Source: Deltaproteobacteria bacterium TL4
GTDB taxonomy: Bacteria > SAR324 > NAC60-12
Reading direction: 5' to 3'
DNA: 37,752 nucleotides
NCBI GenBank assembly: GCA_051382335.1
Contig: JBBCAX010000133.1
Coordinates: 1-37,752, forward strand
A program made the translations under genes and the position numbers. Each line of letters starts with the position of its first letter. Position 1 is the stretch's first letter. Below the pieces are notes generated by a model that saw only the letters and a program-made list of their open reading frames with translations, did not search any database and was not told the origin of the DNA. Shown here piece by piece: positions 1 to 11,111 of this stretch.

Positions 1-352
1 TAACTATCATTTCTTGGATAATTAGTCAAGTTACTCTTTCAATTAATCTAAATTATTTCAGATAGTTAGATGTATTTGCGTTCTCTAGGATAAATAAACA
101 GACTCATTTATCTTTATTTTTTAGCTATAGATTTTTTTAAGGCCCTTATTGAACGGGGGCCTATCAGCTTTTATCTTGCATTTTTACGCGATCAAATCAA
201 ACATGATCTCATGTTCGTTATTGTATCTTTCCTAATACTAGAACTTCAGAAATGATGGCCTTGATTTCAACAGGTTTTTGTTGTTGGAGACGTGTGCTTT
301 GATTTTTTGAACGTTCCTGTAGATTGCTGATTGTATCGAAGGAGAAACTTTT

Positions 353-964
353 ATGAAACACTTGATCCTATTCATTTCTTTACTACTCTTAAACACAAGC
401 CTGATTTTTGCCGAGGCTAAAATACGAGGCGACTATGAAGTTGTCGGTGCGCCTGTGACACTTCATAGTTTGGATAAGGTTGTCTTTGAAGAGTTTATGA
501 ATTTTGGTTGCCCCCATTGTAACCACTTTCGTTTAAAATCCAAAGAGCTTCGTGAAAAATACGCAAAACGTGTAGAGTTTATTGATGTTCCCGTTTTATT
601 TCGAGGCCAAGTCGATGATGTCGCGCGTTTTTTCTACGTAGCGCAGTCTATTGGTAAAGGCGACTTAGTCAAGGACGAGTTGTTTAACGCAAAATTCAAG
701 TATAATGTCGATAATTTTGATCCTGGGATCGTCAACTACTTGGCTCGTTCTCTGGGGTTATGGGAGGTTTATCAAAAAGAAAAACAACAAAGCTGGGTGA
801 CCGATAAAATTAAAGAAACAGAAGCAAAAGCTGAGCGCTATGGAATTCAAAGCACACCAACCGTTGTGTTGGCTCATTCCTTAAAGATGGGGCCTAAGAA
901 TAGTATGGAGGGGTTTATCGAGATGCTTCCTCAAACTTTGGATGATTTACTGAAGCCCCAATGA
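353..964 (+). CDS. dsbA: DsbA-family thiol:disulfide oxidoreductase
   Basis: Signal-peptide-like N-terminus, CPHC active site, cis-Pro motif (STPT), GGAG RBS; stop overlaps uvrC start (ATGA). Confidence 0.8.
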   Translation: MKHLILFISLLLLNTSLIFAEAKIRGDYEVVGAPVTLHSLDKVVFEEFMNFGCPHCNHFRLKSKELREKYAKRVEFIDVPVLFRGQVDDVARFFYVAQSIGKGDLVKDELFNAKFKYNVDNFDPGIVNYLARSLGLWEVYQKEKQQSWVTDKIKETEAKAERYGIQSTPTVVLAHSLKMGPKNSMEGFIEMLPQTLDDLLKPQ

Positions 965-2922
965 ACTCGACATCGGTTTCTGAGAGTTTAGATCCGCTTG
1001 AAAGTAAAGAATCCGAGGTTCCGATTCAGCAAAAATTGGAAACACTCCCGGACTTGCCGGGCGTCTACCTTTTTAAAGGGCGGCAGTCGGATATTTTGTA
1101 TATTGGCAAGTCCAAATCTCTCCGTAAACGTGTTCGTTCTTACTTTCAACCCTCAGCGAATCACAATTTACGTATTGCGGTCATGGTTTCGTTGGCTGTA
1201 GATGTTTCCCTCATTGTTACGGATACGGAAACGGAAGCCCTGATCCTCGAAGAACAGCTCATTAAGACCCACCTACCCCGCTATAATGTCGCTCTCAAGG
1301 ATGACAAATCCTACCCTTATTGCAAATTAACGATTAACGAACTTTATCCCAGATTATTTTTGGTGAGGGAAAAACATGAACAACAGGCCGAATACTTTGG
1401 TCCTTATACCTCCGTCAGAGATGCCCGGTATGTTCTGGAACTTGTGGATCGGTATTTTCCTTTGCGTAAAAGTAAAATGGAATTGGATGGCAGAAAAACC
1501 TATCGCCCTTGTCTCAATTTTCAGCTTAAACGATGCCTAGGGCCTTGTCAGGGCACCCTTTCTGTGGAAACCTATCAAGAAACTGTAAAGCAGGTTCGTT
1601 TATTTCTTCAGGGACGAGACCGTGAGTTGATTCGTCTTTTGGAACAGCAGATGCATCACGCCTCAGAGTGTCTGGCGTTTGAAAAAGCTGCCGAGAAAAG
1701 GGATCAAATCCGAGCCATTCAACATATTTTTGAGAAACAAAAGGTTCTCACACCTGATGAACACGATCAGGATGTGTTTAATGTTTATCGTGAATCAGAT
1801 TCAGCCGGGGTTCAGGTTTTATTTATTCGAAATGGACGACTGTTAGGAACGGACTTTTTCTTTTTTGAAAAAACAGAAAAAGTTTCTGATGACAATCTGT
1901 TAGGACATGTGTTAAACAGAATATATATGAGTGAAAGTGCGGTTGTTCCTCAAGAAGTCCTGCTGCCTTTTCCTTACTCGGACCAAGACGTTTTTTGTGA
2001 AACCCTGACACAAAAAATCAATCGGAAAGTTTCGGTGCTGGTCCCGCAAAAAGGGCACAAAAAAGCGTTGATCAGCATGGCTCACCGCAATGCGCAAGTG
2101 AACTTGGCTGATAAACGGAACCGCACTTTGGACGACAGCCAGGTGTTACAGCAAGTACAGCAAAAGTTACATTTAAAACGATTACCGCAAACGGTTGAAG
2201 CTTTTGATATTTCGCACTTGTCGGGGACAAACACCGTCGCGTCTTTGATTTGTTGGAAAAACAATCAACCTTATAAGGAGGGGTATCGCAAATATAAAAT
2301 ACAACATGATGCGGGATCAGACGATTTTGCAAGCATGCACGAAGTCCTGACCCGACGTTACGTCAGGAGCCTCAGCGGAGAATTCCCGTTGCCCGATTTG
2401 ATCCTGGTTGATGGAGGCAAAGGACAGTTGAATACAGCCTTACAGGTTTTTGAGGAGATTGGGATTTCTTTGGATAAGGTTGATGTCGTCGGTTTTGCCA
2501 AAGGACGGAGTGAAAAAAGGCTGAAGCATACACGGCCTGATCATGAGGATTATGAGTATGTGTTGAAACCTAAGCAAAAAAATGAAATCCGCTTGGATCG
2601 AAATTCCGCAGTTCTTTATTTTTTGAAAAACATACGAGATGAATCCCATCGTTTTGCGGTTACCTTTCAACGAACGCTGAAACGAAAGGAAGATTTACAC
2701 TCGATTTTGGATGATATCCCAGGTGTGGGTCCCAAGCGTAAGCGGGCTTTGCTCCAATACTTTGGGAGTTTAAAAAGGTTGAAAGGATCAAATCCGGAAG
2801 AAATTGAAAAGGTTGAGGGGATTTCCCAGCCATTGGCTCATACCATTTACGAATCTTTAAACTCAGATCTTGAAAATCATCCAGTCATGGGGGAACCTCC
2901 AAAACAAACAGGGGCTACATGA
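961..2922 (+). CDS. uvrC: Excinuclease ABC subunit C
   Basis: GIY-YIG N-terminus (PGVYLF..YIGKSKSLRKRVRSYF), DDKSYPY, FDISH, DGGKGQL, RDESHRFA, C-terminal HhH (IPGVGPKR). Confidence 0.97.
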   Translation: MNSTSVSESLDPLESKESEVPIQQKLETLPDLPGVYLFKGRQSDILYIGKSKSLRKRVRSYFQPSANHNLRIAVMVSLAVDVSLIVTDTETEALILEEQLIKTHLPRYNVALKDDKSYPYCKLTINELYPRLFLVREKHEQQAEYFGPYTSVRDARYVLELVDRYFPLRKSKMELDGRKTYRPCLNFQLKRCLGPCQGTLSVETYQETVKQVRLFLQGRDRELIRLLEQQMHHASECLAFEKAAEKRDQIRAIQHIFEKQKVLTPDEHDQDVFNVYRESDSAGVQVLFIRNGRLLGTDFFFFEKTEKVSDDNLLGHVLNRIYMSESAVVPQEVLLPFPYSDQDVFCETLTQKINRKVSVLVPQKGHKKALISMAHRNAQVNLADKRNRTLDDSQVLQQVQQKLHLKRLPQTVEAFDISHLSGTNTVASLICWKNNQPYKEGYRKYKIQHDAGSDDFASMHEVLTRRYVRSLSGEFPLPDLILVDGGKGQLNTALQVFEEIGISLDKVDVVGFAKGRSEKRLKHTRPDHEDYEYVLKPKQKNEIRLDRNSAVLYFLKNIRDESHRFAVTFQRTLKRKEDLHSILDDIPGVGPKRKRALLQYFGSLKRLKGSNPEEIEKVEGISQPLAHTIYESLNSDLENHPVMGEPPKQTGAT

Positions 2923-3815
2923 GAATATTAGTTGCCGATGATGAAACGTTGCTATGTAAAGCGATCCATCAAGGACTTATCCGTAAAGGACATGAGGTCC
3001 AAACCGCAGAGAATGGACAGCAGGCGTGGGATCTGTTCTCCGAACAGCAAAGCCATTGGGATGTCATCATTACAGATATTAAAATGCCGGTTTTGGATGG
3101 ATTGCAACTGTTGAAAAAAATTCGGCAAGAGGATTATGAAATACCCGTTATTGTGATTACAGGGCATGGCGATCTTGGGGCATCTGCAGAAGCGCTACGG
3201 CTCAACGCATTTGATTTTGTGTTAAAGCCGTTTCGTCTGGAACAAATTTATAGTATTTTAAACAAGCTGGAGTCCATTCAAGGGACTCAGAAAAGTTACT
3301 CGGAAACCATTGCGGTAATGCACGGAGAGATGCGCCTTACCGTACCGAGTAAGACCTTACATATCAATAACCTCGTTACTTATTTCAAAAAACTGATTAA
3401 ACCCTTTTGTCATGTTCATTCCATTGACTTAAATAAACTGTCCTTATGCTTGCGGGAATCTTTCTCAAATGCGATTATTCATGGAAATCTCAATGTTTCC
3501 TCTTCTATTCGAGAGAATGATTTGGAGAGCTTCTACCGGATGATCAATGAGCGAGAACAGCAACCTGAATACGCTGAACGAAATATGGCAGTGTTGGTAA
3601 TGATCTCTCCTGAAAAACTGATCATAGAAGTGCAGGACGAAGGGAAAGGCTTTAAACATAGTGAACTCCCTGACCCTAATGATCCAGAAACTTTACTCAG
3701 CAGTGGTCGAGGAATACTGATCATCAGAGCGTTTATGGATGAAGTAGTTTGGAATGAAAAGGGCAATTGTGTCAAAATGGTAAAACTCACCACTCCGCCT
3801 CAATTCGATGAATAA
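2919..3815 (+). CDS. Response regulator receiver fused to RsbW-like HATPase (anti-sigma/Ser kinase-like) domain
   Basis: Receiver (ADDE, TDIKMP, KP) then N-box SNAIIHGN, DEGKGF, SSGRGILII. Confidence 0.85.
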   Translation: MRILVADDETLLCKAIHQGLIRKGHEVQTAENGQQAWDLFSEQQSHWDVIITDIKMPVLDGLQLLKKIRQEDYEIPVIVITGHGDLGASAEALRLNAFDFVLKPFRLEQIYSILNKLESIQGTQKSYSETIAVMHGEMRLTVPSKTLHINNLVTYFKKLIKPFCHVHSIDLNKLSLCLRESFSNAIIHGNLNVSSSIRENDLESFYRMINEREQQPEYAERNMAVLVMISPEKLIIEVQDEGKGFKHSELPDPNDPETLLSSGRGILIIRAFMDEVVWNEKGNCVKMVKLTTPPQFDE

Positions 3816-3992
3816 GCCTTTCGCTTCACAAACGGATATTACACCTCCTTTTCCCTCTCAACGCAGGGGAACCCTTTGTGAAATTTCGGTATTTATTTTT
3901 TGAACGTTACCAAGAACTAAAACTGTAGTTGAAAACCGATAATTCTTGAGCATATTTGAATGAATTTTGTTAGGGAACGATAATTCTTAGGG

Positions 3993-4523
3993 GTGTTAAA
4001 GAACATGGGACGACTGAGCGATTTACTAGGACAGAAAGGGTTGCTTGACGGTGATTTTTCTGAGAGGCCAGGGCAGAAAAAAAATACGGATCTTTGGGAA
4101 AATCAGGATGAAAAAGCACCAGTTCAGGCACTTTCTGACGCGTTCTCTAAATCGGACATCACGTTGAAAGTCAGAGCTGCGCTTAAAGAAGCGTCAAAGC
4201 ATCCTTTAGGTAAAAAATATATTTTCAAGAGTCTGCCCTCACTGGGCGAATTCTATATCCCGTCGTCCATGAATGGCCGTGTGATTCAGTGCTCTGAATC
4301 TACTTTTACGGAGGCGAAGGGGAATGCTCTCGTTGTCCTTGCCAAAGTCTATGCTTTTAACGGACATCAGGTACAATATTTGTACTATGACTCCGCTGAT
4401 GGGACTATTCAGCGTGGTCAATTCAATGAGTTTCCCTGTGATGCGTTAGGCCATAAAATGGGACGTGTTGGACTAATTAATGGGGTTCTCTGTTGGAAAT
4501 CTCAGTTTTCCGTAGTACGTTAA
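3993..4523 (+). CDS. Hypothetical protein (start may be ATG 4005)
   Basis: 176-aa ORF filling the gap between same-strand genes; no motif recognised. Confidence 0.6.
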   Translation: MLKNMGRLSDLLGQKGLLDGDFSERPGQKKNTDLWENQDEKAPVQALSDAFSKSDITLKVRAALKEASKHPLGKKYIFKSLPSLGEFYIPSSMNGRVIQCSESTFTEAKGNALVVLAKVYAFNGHQVQYLYYDSADGTIQRGQFNEFPCDALGHKMGRVGLINGVLCWKSQFSVVR

Positions 4524-4549
4524 AAACTGTAAACGCACTTTATTAACTT

Positions 4550-6901
4550 ATGAGCAACGCAAGTGTAAATATGGGTTCTACAATTCTTGTTGTCGATGAT
4601 GATCCACAAATTGAAAAAACGTTGCGCCAATGGTTCGATGAATCGATAAAATCACAAAAATTCAACTTCATCTTCATCCCCGATGGGAAAGAGGCTTTGA
4701 CCTATTTCAAGAACCATGAAGAGATCGAGTTGATCTTGACGGATATTGACGTTCCCGGAATGGATGGGCTTTCTTTGCTTGCGAAACTACAAACCGTTGA
4801 CCGGTTGTTTTATACCATTATCATTACAGCCCATAGTGATATGCATACCATTCGTAGAGCCATGAACCGAGGTGCGTTTGATTTTTTAATCAAACCACTT
4901 GATTTTAAAGATATGAAGATCACCATCACTCAGGCGTTTGAAGATTTAAAATTGCTTCAAGATACCATCAAAGCGCGGAATGAGGCAGAGAACTTACTCC
5001 TTAAAAGTATCGAACGTTATCGGATGATTACGGAAACAGCACGAGATGCCATCATTACCATTGATGAAGAGAACAATATTTTATTTGCCAATAGTGCCGC
5101 CGAGGAGATTTTTGGGTATAAAGTCTCAGAATTATATGATCAAAAGATAACTATGCTTATGCCGGATTCTTTGAGAAATACGCATCAGACTGCGTTAAAA
5201 GACTATATTTTAAACTCTAAAAAACATATGTCGTGGGAAACGATTGAGTTTCCGGGACACCATAAAGAGGGGCATGAGATTTCGGTTGAGGTTTCATTTG
5301 GGGAATTTATTGAAGAAGGGAAACATCTTTTCACAGGAGTCATTCGAGATATTTCAGAACGAAAGCGGGCGGAAGAGCAGTATATTCGGCTGGCGACAGC
5401 AATTGAACAGGCGGCGGAATCCATTGTAATTACAGATGCGGAAGGAATCATTCAATACGTCAATCCTGCTTTTGAACGAGTAAGTCAATATTCGAATGCT
5501 GAGGTTCTTAACAAGAACGCAAAAATTGTAAAAAGTGGGAAGCATGATAAAATTTTTTATAAAAACATGTGGGCTCATTTAGTTGAAGGAAAAGTTTGGA
5601 GCGGACGAATCACAAATAAACGTAAAGATGGTTCTTTGTATGAAGAAGAGGCGACGATTTCACCTATTCGTAACGCAGCCAACAAAATTGTCAGTTACGT
5701 GGCCGTTAAGCGTGATATTACCCGTGAAGGAGAGCTTGAAAAACAATTACGTCATTCTCAAAAAATGGAGGCCATAGGAACTCTCGCAGGGGGAATTGCT
5801 CATGATTTTAATAACATCCTCTTTGCGGTTCTAGGATACCTTGCCCTTGCTAAAGAAGGCGTAGCTCCAGACACTTTAGTCCATAAAGATCTGGAAGAAG
5901 CCCTTTTGGCAGGAAACCGCGCGCGCGACTTGGTTCGTCAAATTTTATCCTTCAGCCGTCAAGAAGAAAGTGAGCTGCAACCTTTTGAAATTACGCCAAT
6001 TCTCAAAGAAGTCCTCAAACTGTTACGCTCAACCACGTCCACGACGATTGAAATACGGCAAGAGCTTACCTCCGAGAAACTGACCCTGATTGCTGATCCG
6101 ACACAAGTTCATCAAGTGATTATGAATCTTTGTACTAACGCGATATACGCCATGAGAGATCAGGAAGGCGTCCTTGAAGTCAGGTTGGAAAAGGCTGAGG
6201 TTGATGAAGAATTTGCAAAAAATCACATGATTTCCGAAGGTCCCTACGTAAAGTTAGTGATTCGGGATACAGGAAGTGGTATTCCCGCACATTTAATGGA
6301 CCGTATCTTTGAACCTTTTTTCACTACCAAACCTGTAGGTGAAGGAACAGGCCTGGGGCTTTCTGTAGTTCATGGGATCGTACAAAATCATAAGGGAGCC
6401 ATCACCGTTTCAAGTAAGGAAGGTGACGGCAGTATGTTTACGGTTTATTTCCCTGTAATCAGCAAAACGCTTACGGTACCGCCTAAACTCGAAAGTGTTT
6501 ATCATCCCGGAAAGGGAAGAATTTTAATTGTAGATGATGAGCAAATGCTGGTCGAGTTAGAAAAACGGATTCTTGAACGTTGTGGTTATGAGGTGGTTAC
6601 CTTCACCAGCAGTCTGGATGTCTTAAGTCTGATCAGGGCTCAACCCAACGCCTTTGACTTGGTTCTGACCGATCAGTCCATGCCTAAAATGACAGGACTT
6701 CAACTAGCGAAAGCCCTTCGTCAAATCAATCCTGACCTTCCTGTTATTTTGATTACAGGTCACCCCAAGGAAGTAACCGCCAAACAGGCCATTGGATCAG
6801 GAGTTCGAGAGCACGTGATTAAACCTATTGACGCTTCAGAACTGAGTCAGGTTGTCGCCCGTGTGCTTGAAAAATCGTCGAAAAACTTTGTAGAAGATTG
6901 A
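4550..6901 (+). CDS. Hybrid sensor histidine kinase (REC-PAS-PAS-HisKA-HATPase-REC)
   Basis: N- and C-terminal receiver domains, two PAS/PAC domains, H-box AGGIAHDFNN, NLCTNA, DTGSG, FFTTK, GTGLGL. Confidence 0.93.
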   Translation: MSNASVNMGSTILVVDDDPQIEKTLRQWFDESIKSQKFNFIFIPDGKEALTYFKNHEEIELILTDIDVPGMDGLSLLAKLQTVDRLFYTIIITAHSDMHTIRRAMNRGAFDFLIKPLDFKDMKITITQAFEDLKLLQDTIKARNEAENLLLKSIERYRMITETARDAIITIDEENNILFANSAAEEIFGYKVSELYDQKITMLMPDSLRNTHQTALKDYILNSKKHMSWETIEFPGHHKEGHEISVEVSFGEFIEEGKHLFTGVIRDISERKRAEEQYIRLATAIEQAAESIVITDAEGIIQYVNPAFERVSQYSNAEVLNKNAKIVKSGKHDKIFYKNMWAHLVEGKVWSGRITNKRKDGSLYEEEATISPIRNAANKIVSYVAVKRDITREGELEKQLRHSQKMEAIGTLAGGIAHDFNNILFAVLGYLALAKEGVAPDTLVHKDLEEALLAGNRARDLVRQILSFSRQEESELQPFEITPILKEVLKLLRSTTSTTIEIRQELTSEKLTLIADPTQVHQVIMNLCTNAIYAMRDQEGVLEVRLEKAEVDEEFAKNHMISEGPYVKLVIRDTGSGIPAHLMDRIFEPFFTTKPVGEGTGLGLSVVHGIVQNHKGAITVSSKEGDGSMFTVYFPVISKTLTVPPKLESVYHPGKGRILIVDDEQMLVELEKRILERCGYEVVTFTSSLDVLSLIRAQPNAFDLVLTDQSMPKMTGLQLAKALRQINPDLPVILITGHPKEVTAKQAIGSGVREHVIKPIDASELSQVVARVLEKSSKNFVED

Positions 6902-6902
6902 C

Positions 6903-8231
6903 ATGAAAAAAAAGAAAGCTTTAACCACTGTAACCCGCTTAATGGAATTTCTCTATCAATCCCCAACGCCCTTCCATGCCGTAGAGAACGTGATTACGAT
7001 GCTGAAGTCAAAAGGCTTTGAGGAGCAAAAAGAAGAAAATGTTTGGCAGGTGACGCCTGGGGGGCTCTACTACGCTGTTCGTAGCGATGCTTCCATAATC
7101 GCCTGGATTCAAGGACAAAAGACACCCGCACAAAGCGGTTTTAAAATTTTAGGCGCTCACACGGATAGTCCTCATTTGAGGATTAAACCTAAGGCCGCAA
7201 TGGCACAGCATCAATATTGCCAACTGGGAGTGGAGGTCTATGGAGGTGTGTTGTTATCCAGTTGGGCCGATCGTGATCTTTCCCTCGCGGGTCAGGTTTT
7301 TGTGAAAAATTCAGGCTCTGGCCTAGACAAACATTTAATAAAAATGACGCATCCTGTTTTAAGGATTCCCTTACTGGCAATTCACTTGGAGCCAGACGTC
7401 AATACCAAAGGCTTGATCCTGGACAAACAAAAACATCTACCCCCAATATTGGGATTGACACCAGTTGGGGAGTCTTCAGATTCTGAGCCATTATTGACGT
7501 TACTCTCTCAAACCTTAGGCGTTGAAGCGGAACGAATATTGAGTCATGAGCTCAGTCTTTATGATCTCCAGAAACCTGAGTTATTGGGGATGAATCAAGA
7601 ATTTATTTCAGGTTCCCGGATTGATAACTTGTTTTGCTGTTTCTGTGCTATGGAGGCCTTGCTGGCGCAAGTGGAATCACAGTCTGAGTCAACCTGTGTT
7701 GTTGCCTGTTTCGATAATGAAGAGATTGGGAGTGTAACCACTCAAGGCGCACGATCGTCTTTTCTTAAAAACATGATTCGTCGTTTGTCGAACCAAACGA
7801 ATGAACTCCAGGCCTTCGAACGGGCCTTGGCCCGCTCCTTTTTTGTTTCAGGGGATATGGCTCATGCCGTTCATCCCAATTATCCTGAAAAACATGATCC
7901 TCAACATTTTCCTCATATCAACCAGGGACCTGTCATTAAAACTAACGCCCAAGGACGTTATGCAACCAGTGGAAACTCAAGTGCCCTCTTTGAATTAATT
8001 TGTCAAGAACTCGAAATTCCTGTGCAAAAATTTGTTAATCGTACCGACTTGTCCTGTGGCAGTACAATTGGACCTCTTATCGCGGGAGCGCTCGGAATTC
8101 CAACCGTTGATGTCGGTGCCGCAATGCTTTCAATGCACTCCATCAGAGAAATGTGCGGCAGTCAGGATCCCGACTACTTGATTCAGGCATTTAAAGGCGT
8201 TTTTCAACATCACTTCAAAATACAAGCATAG
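6903..8231 (+). CDS. apeB: M18 family (aspartyl) aminopeptidase
   Basis: SPTPFHAV, GAHTDSP, DNEEIGS, DMAHAVHPNY, CGSTIGP, MHSIRE. Confidence 0.92.
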   Translation: MKKKKALTTVTRLMEFLYQSPTPFHAVENVITMLKSKGFEEQKEENVWQVTPGGLYYAVRSDASIIAWIQGQKTPAQSGFKILGAHTDSPHLRIKPKAAMAQHQYCQLGVEVYGGVLLSSWADRDLSLAGQVFVKNSGSGLDKHLIKMTHPVLRIPLLAIHLEPDVNTKGLILDKQKHLPPILGLTPVGESSDSEPLLTLLSQTLGVEAERILSHELSLYDLQKPELLGMNQEFISGSRIDNLFCCFCAMEALLAQVESQSESTCVVACFDNEEIGSVTTQGARSSFLKNMIRRLSNQTNELQAFERALARSFFVSGDMAHAVHPNYPEKHDPQHFPHINQGPVIKTNAQGRYATSGNSSALFELICQELEIPVQKFVNRTDLSCGSTIGPLIAGALGIPTVDVGAAMLSMHSIREMCGSQDPDYLIQAFKGVFQHHFKIQA

Positions 8232-8240
8232 GGAAATGGA

Positions 8241-9128
8241 ATGCAGCGTCCTCAATCCACACGGAGGGGGCTCCTCTTGGCAGGAACCGCCATGTTTACA
8301 GCAGGCTTGACGGCAATCCCTCATCGCATTGCGCTTGAAAGCATTGCGCCCCTGAATGTAGTGTTTGGAATGTTTCTTTGTGGGTTGGGTTATACTTTGC
8401 TTGGCATCTTTCTGCAACGGATTCGGCTTTCCTTTGACCCCAATTTAATTTTCAGCATCCTCAGTATTGCCATACTGGGTGTTTGTGGAAATTATGCGAT
8501 CTGTAATGCCTTGATTGGTATTTCTCCAACCCTGGCAATTACTGTTCAACGTAGTGACATCATCATTGCGATGATACTGAGCTGGATCGTGTTAAAGGAA
8601 AGGGTAACGCCACGTCTATGGGTGGGAGTCGGATTGGCCTCAGGCGGAATTGTCTTGATGAAAAAGGGCAGTGTTTCCATTTCCATGGAGAGCTGGCTCC
8701 CCATTTTATGGGCAGTGGCTTCAGCATTCTGTTTTGCCATCATGCAGATCATCATTAAAAAAATTGTAAAACGTATTGATCCTCAAGTCTTGAATGCATG
8801 GCGTCTGGCCATTGCCCTTGGAATCCTTAGTTTTGTTCCCGGACAGATCGAAACGATGCAGAAAATGAGTTCCCAAGAATGGCGTATGATTCTGCTTGCC
8901 GCATTTTTAGGACCCTTTTTATCAAGAATCACCTATACCCACGCACTCAGACACATTCCTGTCTCTTTAGCTGTATTATTGAGTACGTTTGCTCCTGTAT
9001 CTACCCTGATCGCGGAATATTTTTTCCTGGGAAATCTCTTAACGTGGTATGAAGCGTTGGGAAGTCTGTTTATTTTGGTAGGGATTGTTTGGCCTTTGTT
9101 GCCCAAACGGAACGATCCCCTATTGTAA
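8241..9128 (+). CDS. DMT/EamA family transporter
   Basis: 295 aa with about 10 hydrophobic segments in two repeats, LKERV motif. Confidence 0.85.
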   Translation: MQRPQSTRRGLLLAGTAMFTAGLTAIPHRIALESIAPLNVVFGMFLCGLGYTLLGIFLQRIRLSFDPNLIFSILSIAILGVCGNYAICNALIGISPTLAITVQRSDIIIAMILSWIVLKERVTPRLWVGVGLASGGIVLMKKGSVSISMESWLPILWAVASAFCFAIMQIIIKKIVKRIDPQVLNAWRLAIALGILSFVPGQIETMQKMSSQEWRMILLAAFLGPFLSRITYTHALRHIPVSLAVLLSTFAPVSTLIAEYFFLGNLLTWYEALGSLFILVGIVWPLLPKRNDPLL

Positions 9129-9231
9129 ACAATCCGTCACAAGCATAAAAAAATAATCTCATCTCCCTAAAAACCGACTGATCTCACAAACTCCGCATGA
9201 CATGCCTTCTCAATTAAAGGAGTTTCAAAAA

Positions 9232-9693
9232 CTACAGTTGTTTTAGGAGGTTCGCCATTTCTATAGCACAGACGGTTGCTTCCCGTCCTTTATTACCCGC
9301 TTTGGTTCCTGCGCGTTCGATAGCCTGTTCAATAGAATCAGTAGTCAGCAACCCTAAGGAAATAGGGATCTGATGTTCCATGGAAAGGGAGGCAATACCA
9401 CTGGAGGCATTGGAGCAGACATAATCAAAGTGAGGCGTCGCGCCTCTGATCACAGCGCCTAAACACACAATCGCGTCATACTTTTGAGACAAGGCCAGTT
9501 TTTTTGCGGCAAGAGGAAGTTCGAAGGCGCCTGGGACTTTAACCACGGTGATGTTTTCGTGGTTTCCCCCATGCCTGACGAATGAATCCACTGCGCCTTG
9601 CAAAAGGCTTTCTGTAATGAATTCGTTAAAGCGTGAAACAACAAAAGCGAAGTTGAGATCAGTTGCTACCAACTGTCCTTCGATGGTTTTCAT
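9232..9693 (-). CDS. ribH: 6,7-dimethyl-8-ribityllumazine synthase
   Basis: [39 protein letters not shown]. Confidence 0.97.
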   Translation of the reverse strand: MKTIEGQLVATDLNFAFVVSRFNEFITESLLQGAVDSFVRHGGNHENITVVKVPGAFELPLAAKKLALSQKYDAIVCLGAVIRGATPHFDYVCSNASSGIASLSMEHQIPISLGLLTTDSIEQAIERAGTKAGNKGREATVCAIEMANLLKQL

Positions 9694-9731
9694 GGAACCT
9701 CATAACTATTGAGAAATAAAGGAACAGAAAT

Positions 9732-11072
9732 TTAAGAAACGTTGATGCTGGAAAATACTTCTAACGCCCGATCACCGTAGACATCATAGTGATCCAGATC
9801 TTTATCAATGCGGATGGTTTGTTCTTCCTGCAAATCAATCAATGAATTGTTCTGCACCTCGGTACCATCGGGGCTTCGTACAATAACGACCTTGGGACGT
9901 TCTAAATCATGAACTGGAACGCTTACAACAAAGGCCAGTGAGCCCTCATTCAACCGGACAAGTGTCCCAACAGGGTAACGTCCCATGACCCATAAAAAAT
10001 CCTCCCAGACAACTGGATCGAATTCAACACCGGAAAGTGCGTCTATAAACCGAATCGTTGCGGCTGGGGGCCATGATTTTTTATAACTCCTTCTACCTAT
10101 CAAGGCTTGGTAAACATCGACAATAGAGGCTAAACGGGTTTCCATCAACACCTTCTCAAAGGCTACTCCCGCAGGATAGCTGGAATTGAGGGAGGAGTCC
10201 ATTTTTACATGATGGTAATGAGCGATATTGACGACATACTTGGACATTTGCATCTCTGTTAAGATTTCAGCCCCAAAAACAGGGTGAGACTGCAATAGAT
10301 GCATTTCCCGGCTTTCACGCTCAAAACGTACGGTACTGTCCAGGATATCCTGAGGAATCTTGGATTTTCCGCAGTCGTGCATGAATCCGGCAAACAGTGC
10401 CATACGAGGATCTTCAAAGACGCCAGGTTCTTTCCGACGTTCTTTAATCGCATAATAAGTGCTTTGATAGATTGCGGCGGCATCAACACAATGAGCATAA
10501 GTTTGGTCACTGCTTTTGAGTCCGGCAATGGCTTTTATGGCTTCCGCAGAGTTAGTTTCTGCGATATTATCAATGTAATTCTTGATTTCAACCGTATCCA
10601 TTTTTCCTACACGAGCGCTATCCATCATACTTTTAATCGCCTCAGACGCCTTGGCCCGTGTCACAATATTCTGTTTGACTTGATGAACGAACTCTTGCGT
10701 TTGCTGGACTGACTGTAGGTGTTGAGCTGATTTTGTGGTAGTTTTGGGAGGGAGCAGTTCCACTTCAAACTCGTGAAATCCTCGGGGCTTGAGTTCGTGA
10801 ATTAAAACCCGTGTGACTGTGACGATTTTTTGAAGTTTCGAAGGGATCTGATCAATTCTGACAATATGATCTCCGATTTTAACTTTTTCAGCCAGACATT
10901 GAACTTCGCGACCGTTGCGCATCACTGTAGTGGTGGCACCGACAAAGTTAAGCTGGATAAACTTACATTTCTGTTCATCGAGAGGACGATATTGTTTGGC
11001 AAAGCGTACAAAAGCCAAAATGCGCATATTTTCTGTTAACTGGTCCACAGTTACTTTTTTAACTTCGGGCAT
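9732..11072 (-). CDS. HD-GYP domain protein (putative cyclic dinucleotide phosphodiesterase)
   Basis: HDCGK, HPVFG, HH, SYP in place of GYP, DVYQAL..RRSYK, YPVGTLVRL C-terminal extension. Confidence 0.85.
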   Translation of the reverse strand: MPEVKKVTVDQLTENMRILAFVRFAKQYRPLDEQKCKFIQLNFVGATTTVMRNGREVQCLAEKVKIGDHIVRIDQIPSKLQKIVTVTRVLIHELKPRGFHEFEVELLPPKTTTKSAQHLQSVQQTQEFVHQVKQNIVTRAKASEAIKSMMDSARVGKMDTVEIKNYIDNIAETNSAEAIKAIAGLKSSDQTYAHCVDAAAIYQSTYYAIKERRKEPGVFEDPRMALFAGFMHDCGKSKIPQDILDSTVRFERESREMHLLQSHPVFGAEILTEMQMSKYVVNIAHYHHVKMDSSLNSSYPAGVAFEKVLMETRLASIVDVYQALIGRRSYKKSWPPAATIRFIDALSGVEFDPVVWEDFLWVMGRYPVGTLVRLNEGSLAFVVSVPVHDLERPKVVIVRSPDGTEVQNNSLIDLQEEQTIRIDKDLDHYDVYGDRALEVFSSINVS

Positions 11073-11111
11073 TTTTACTGTCTCAAAGAGTTAAAATTAG
11101 AATCGATACGG

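Noticed and set aside
9694..9731. FMN riboswitch upstream of ribH
   Set aside because: Only 38 bp separate ribH from the upstream gene, and no RFN motif is visible.
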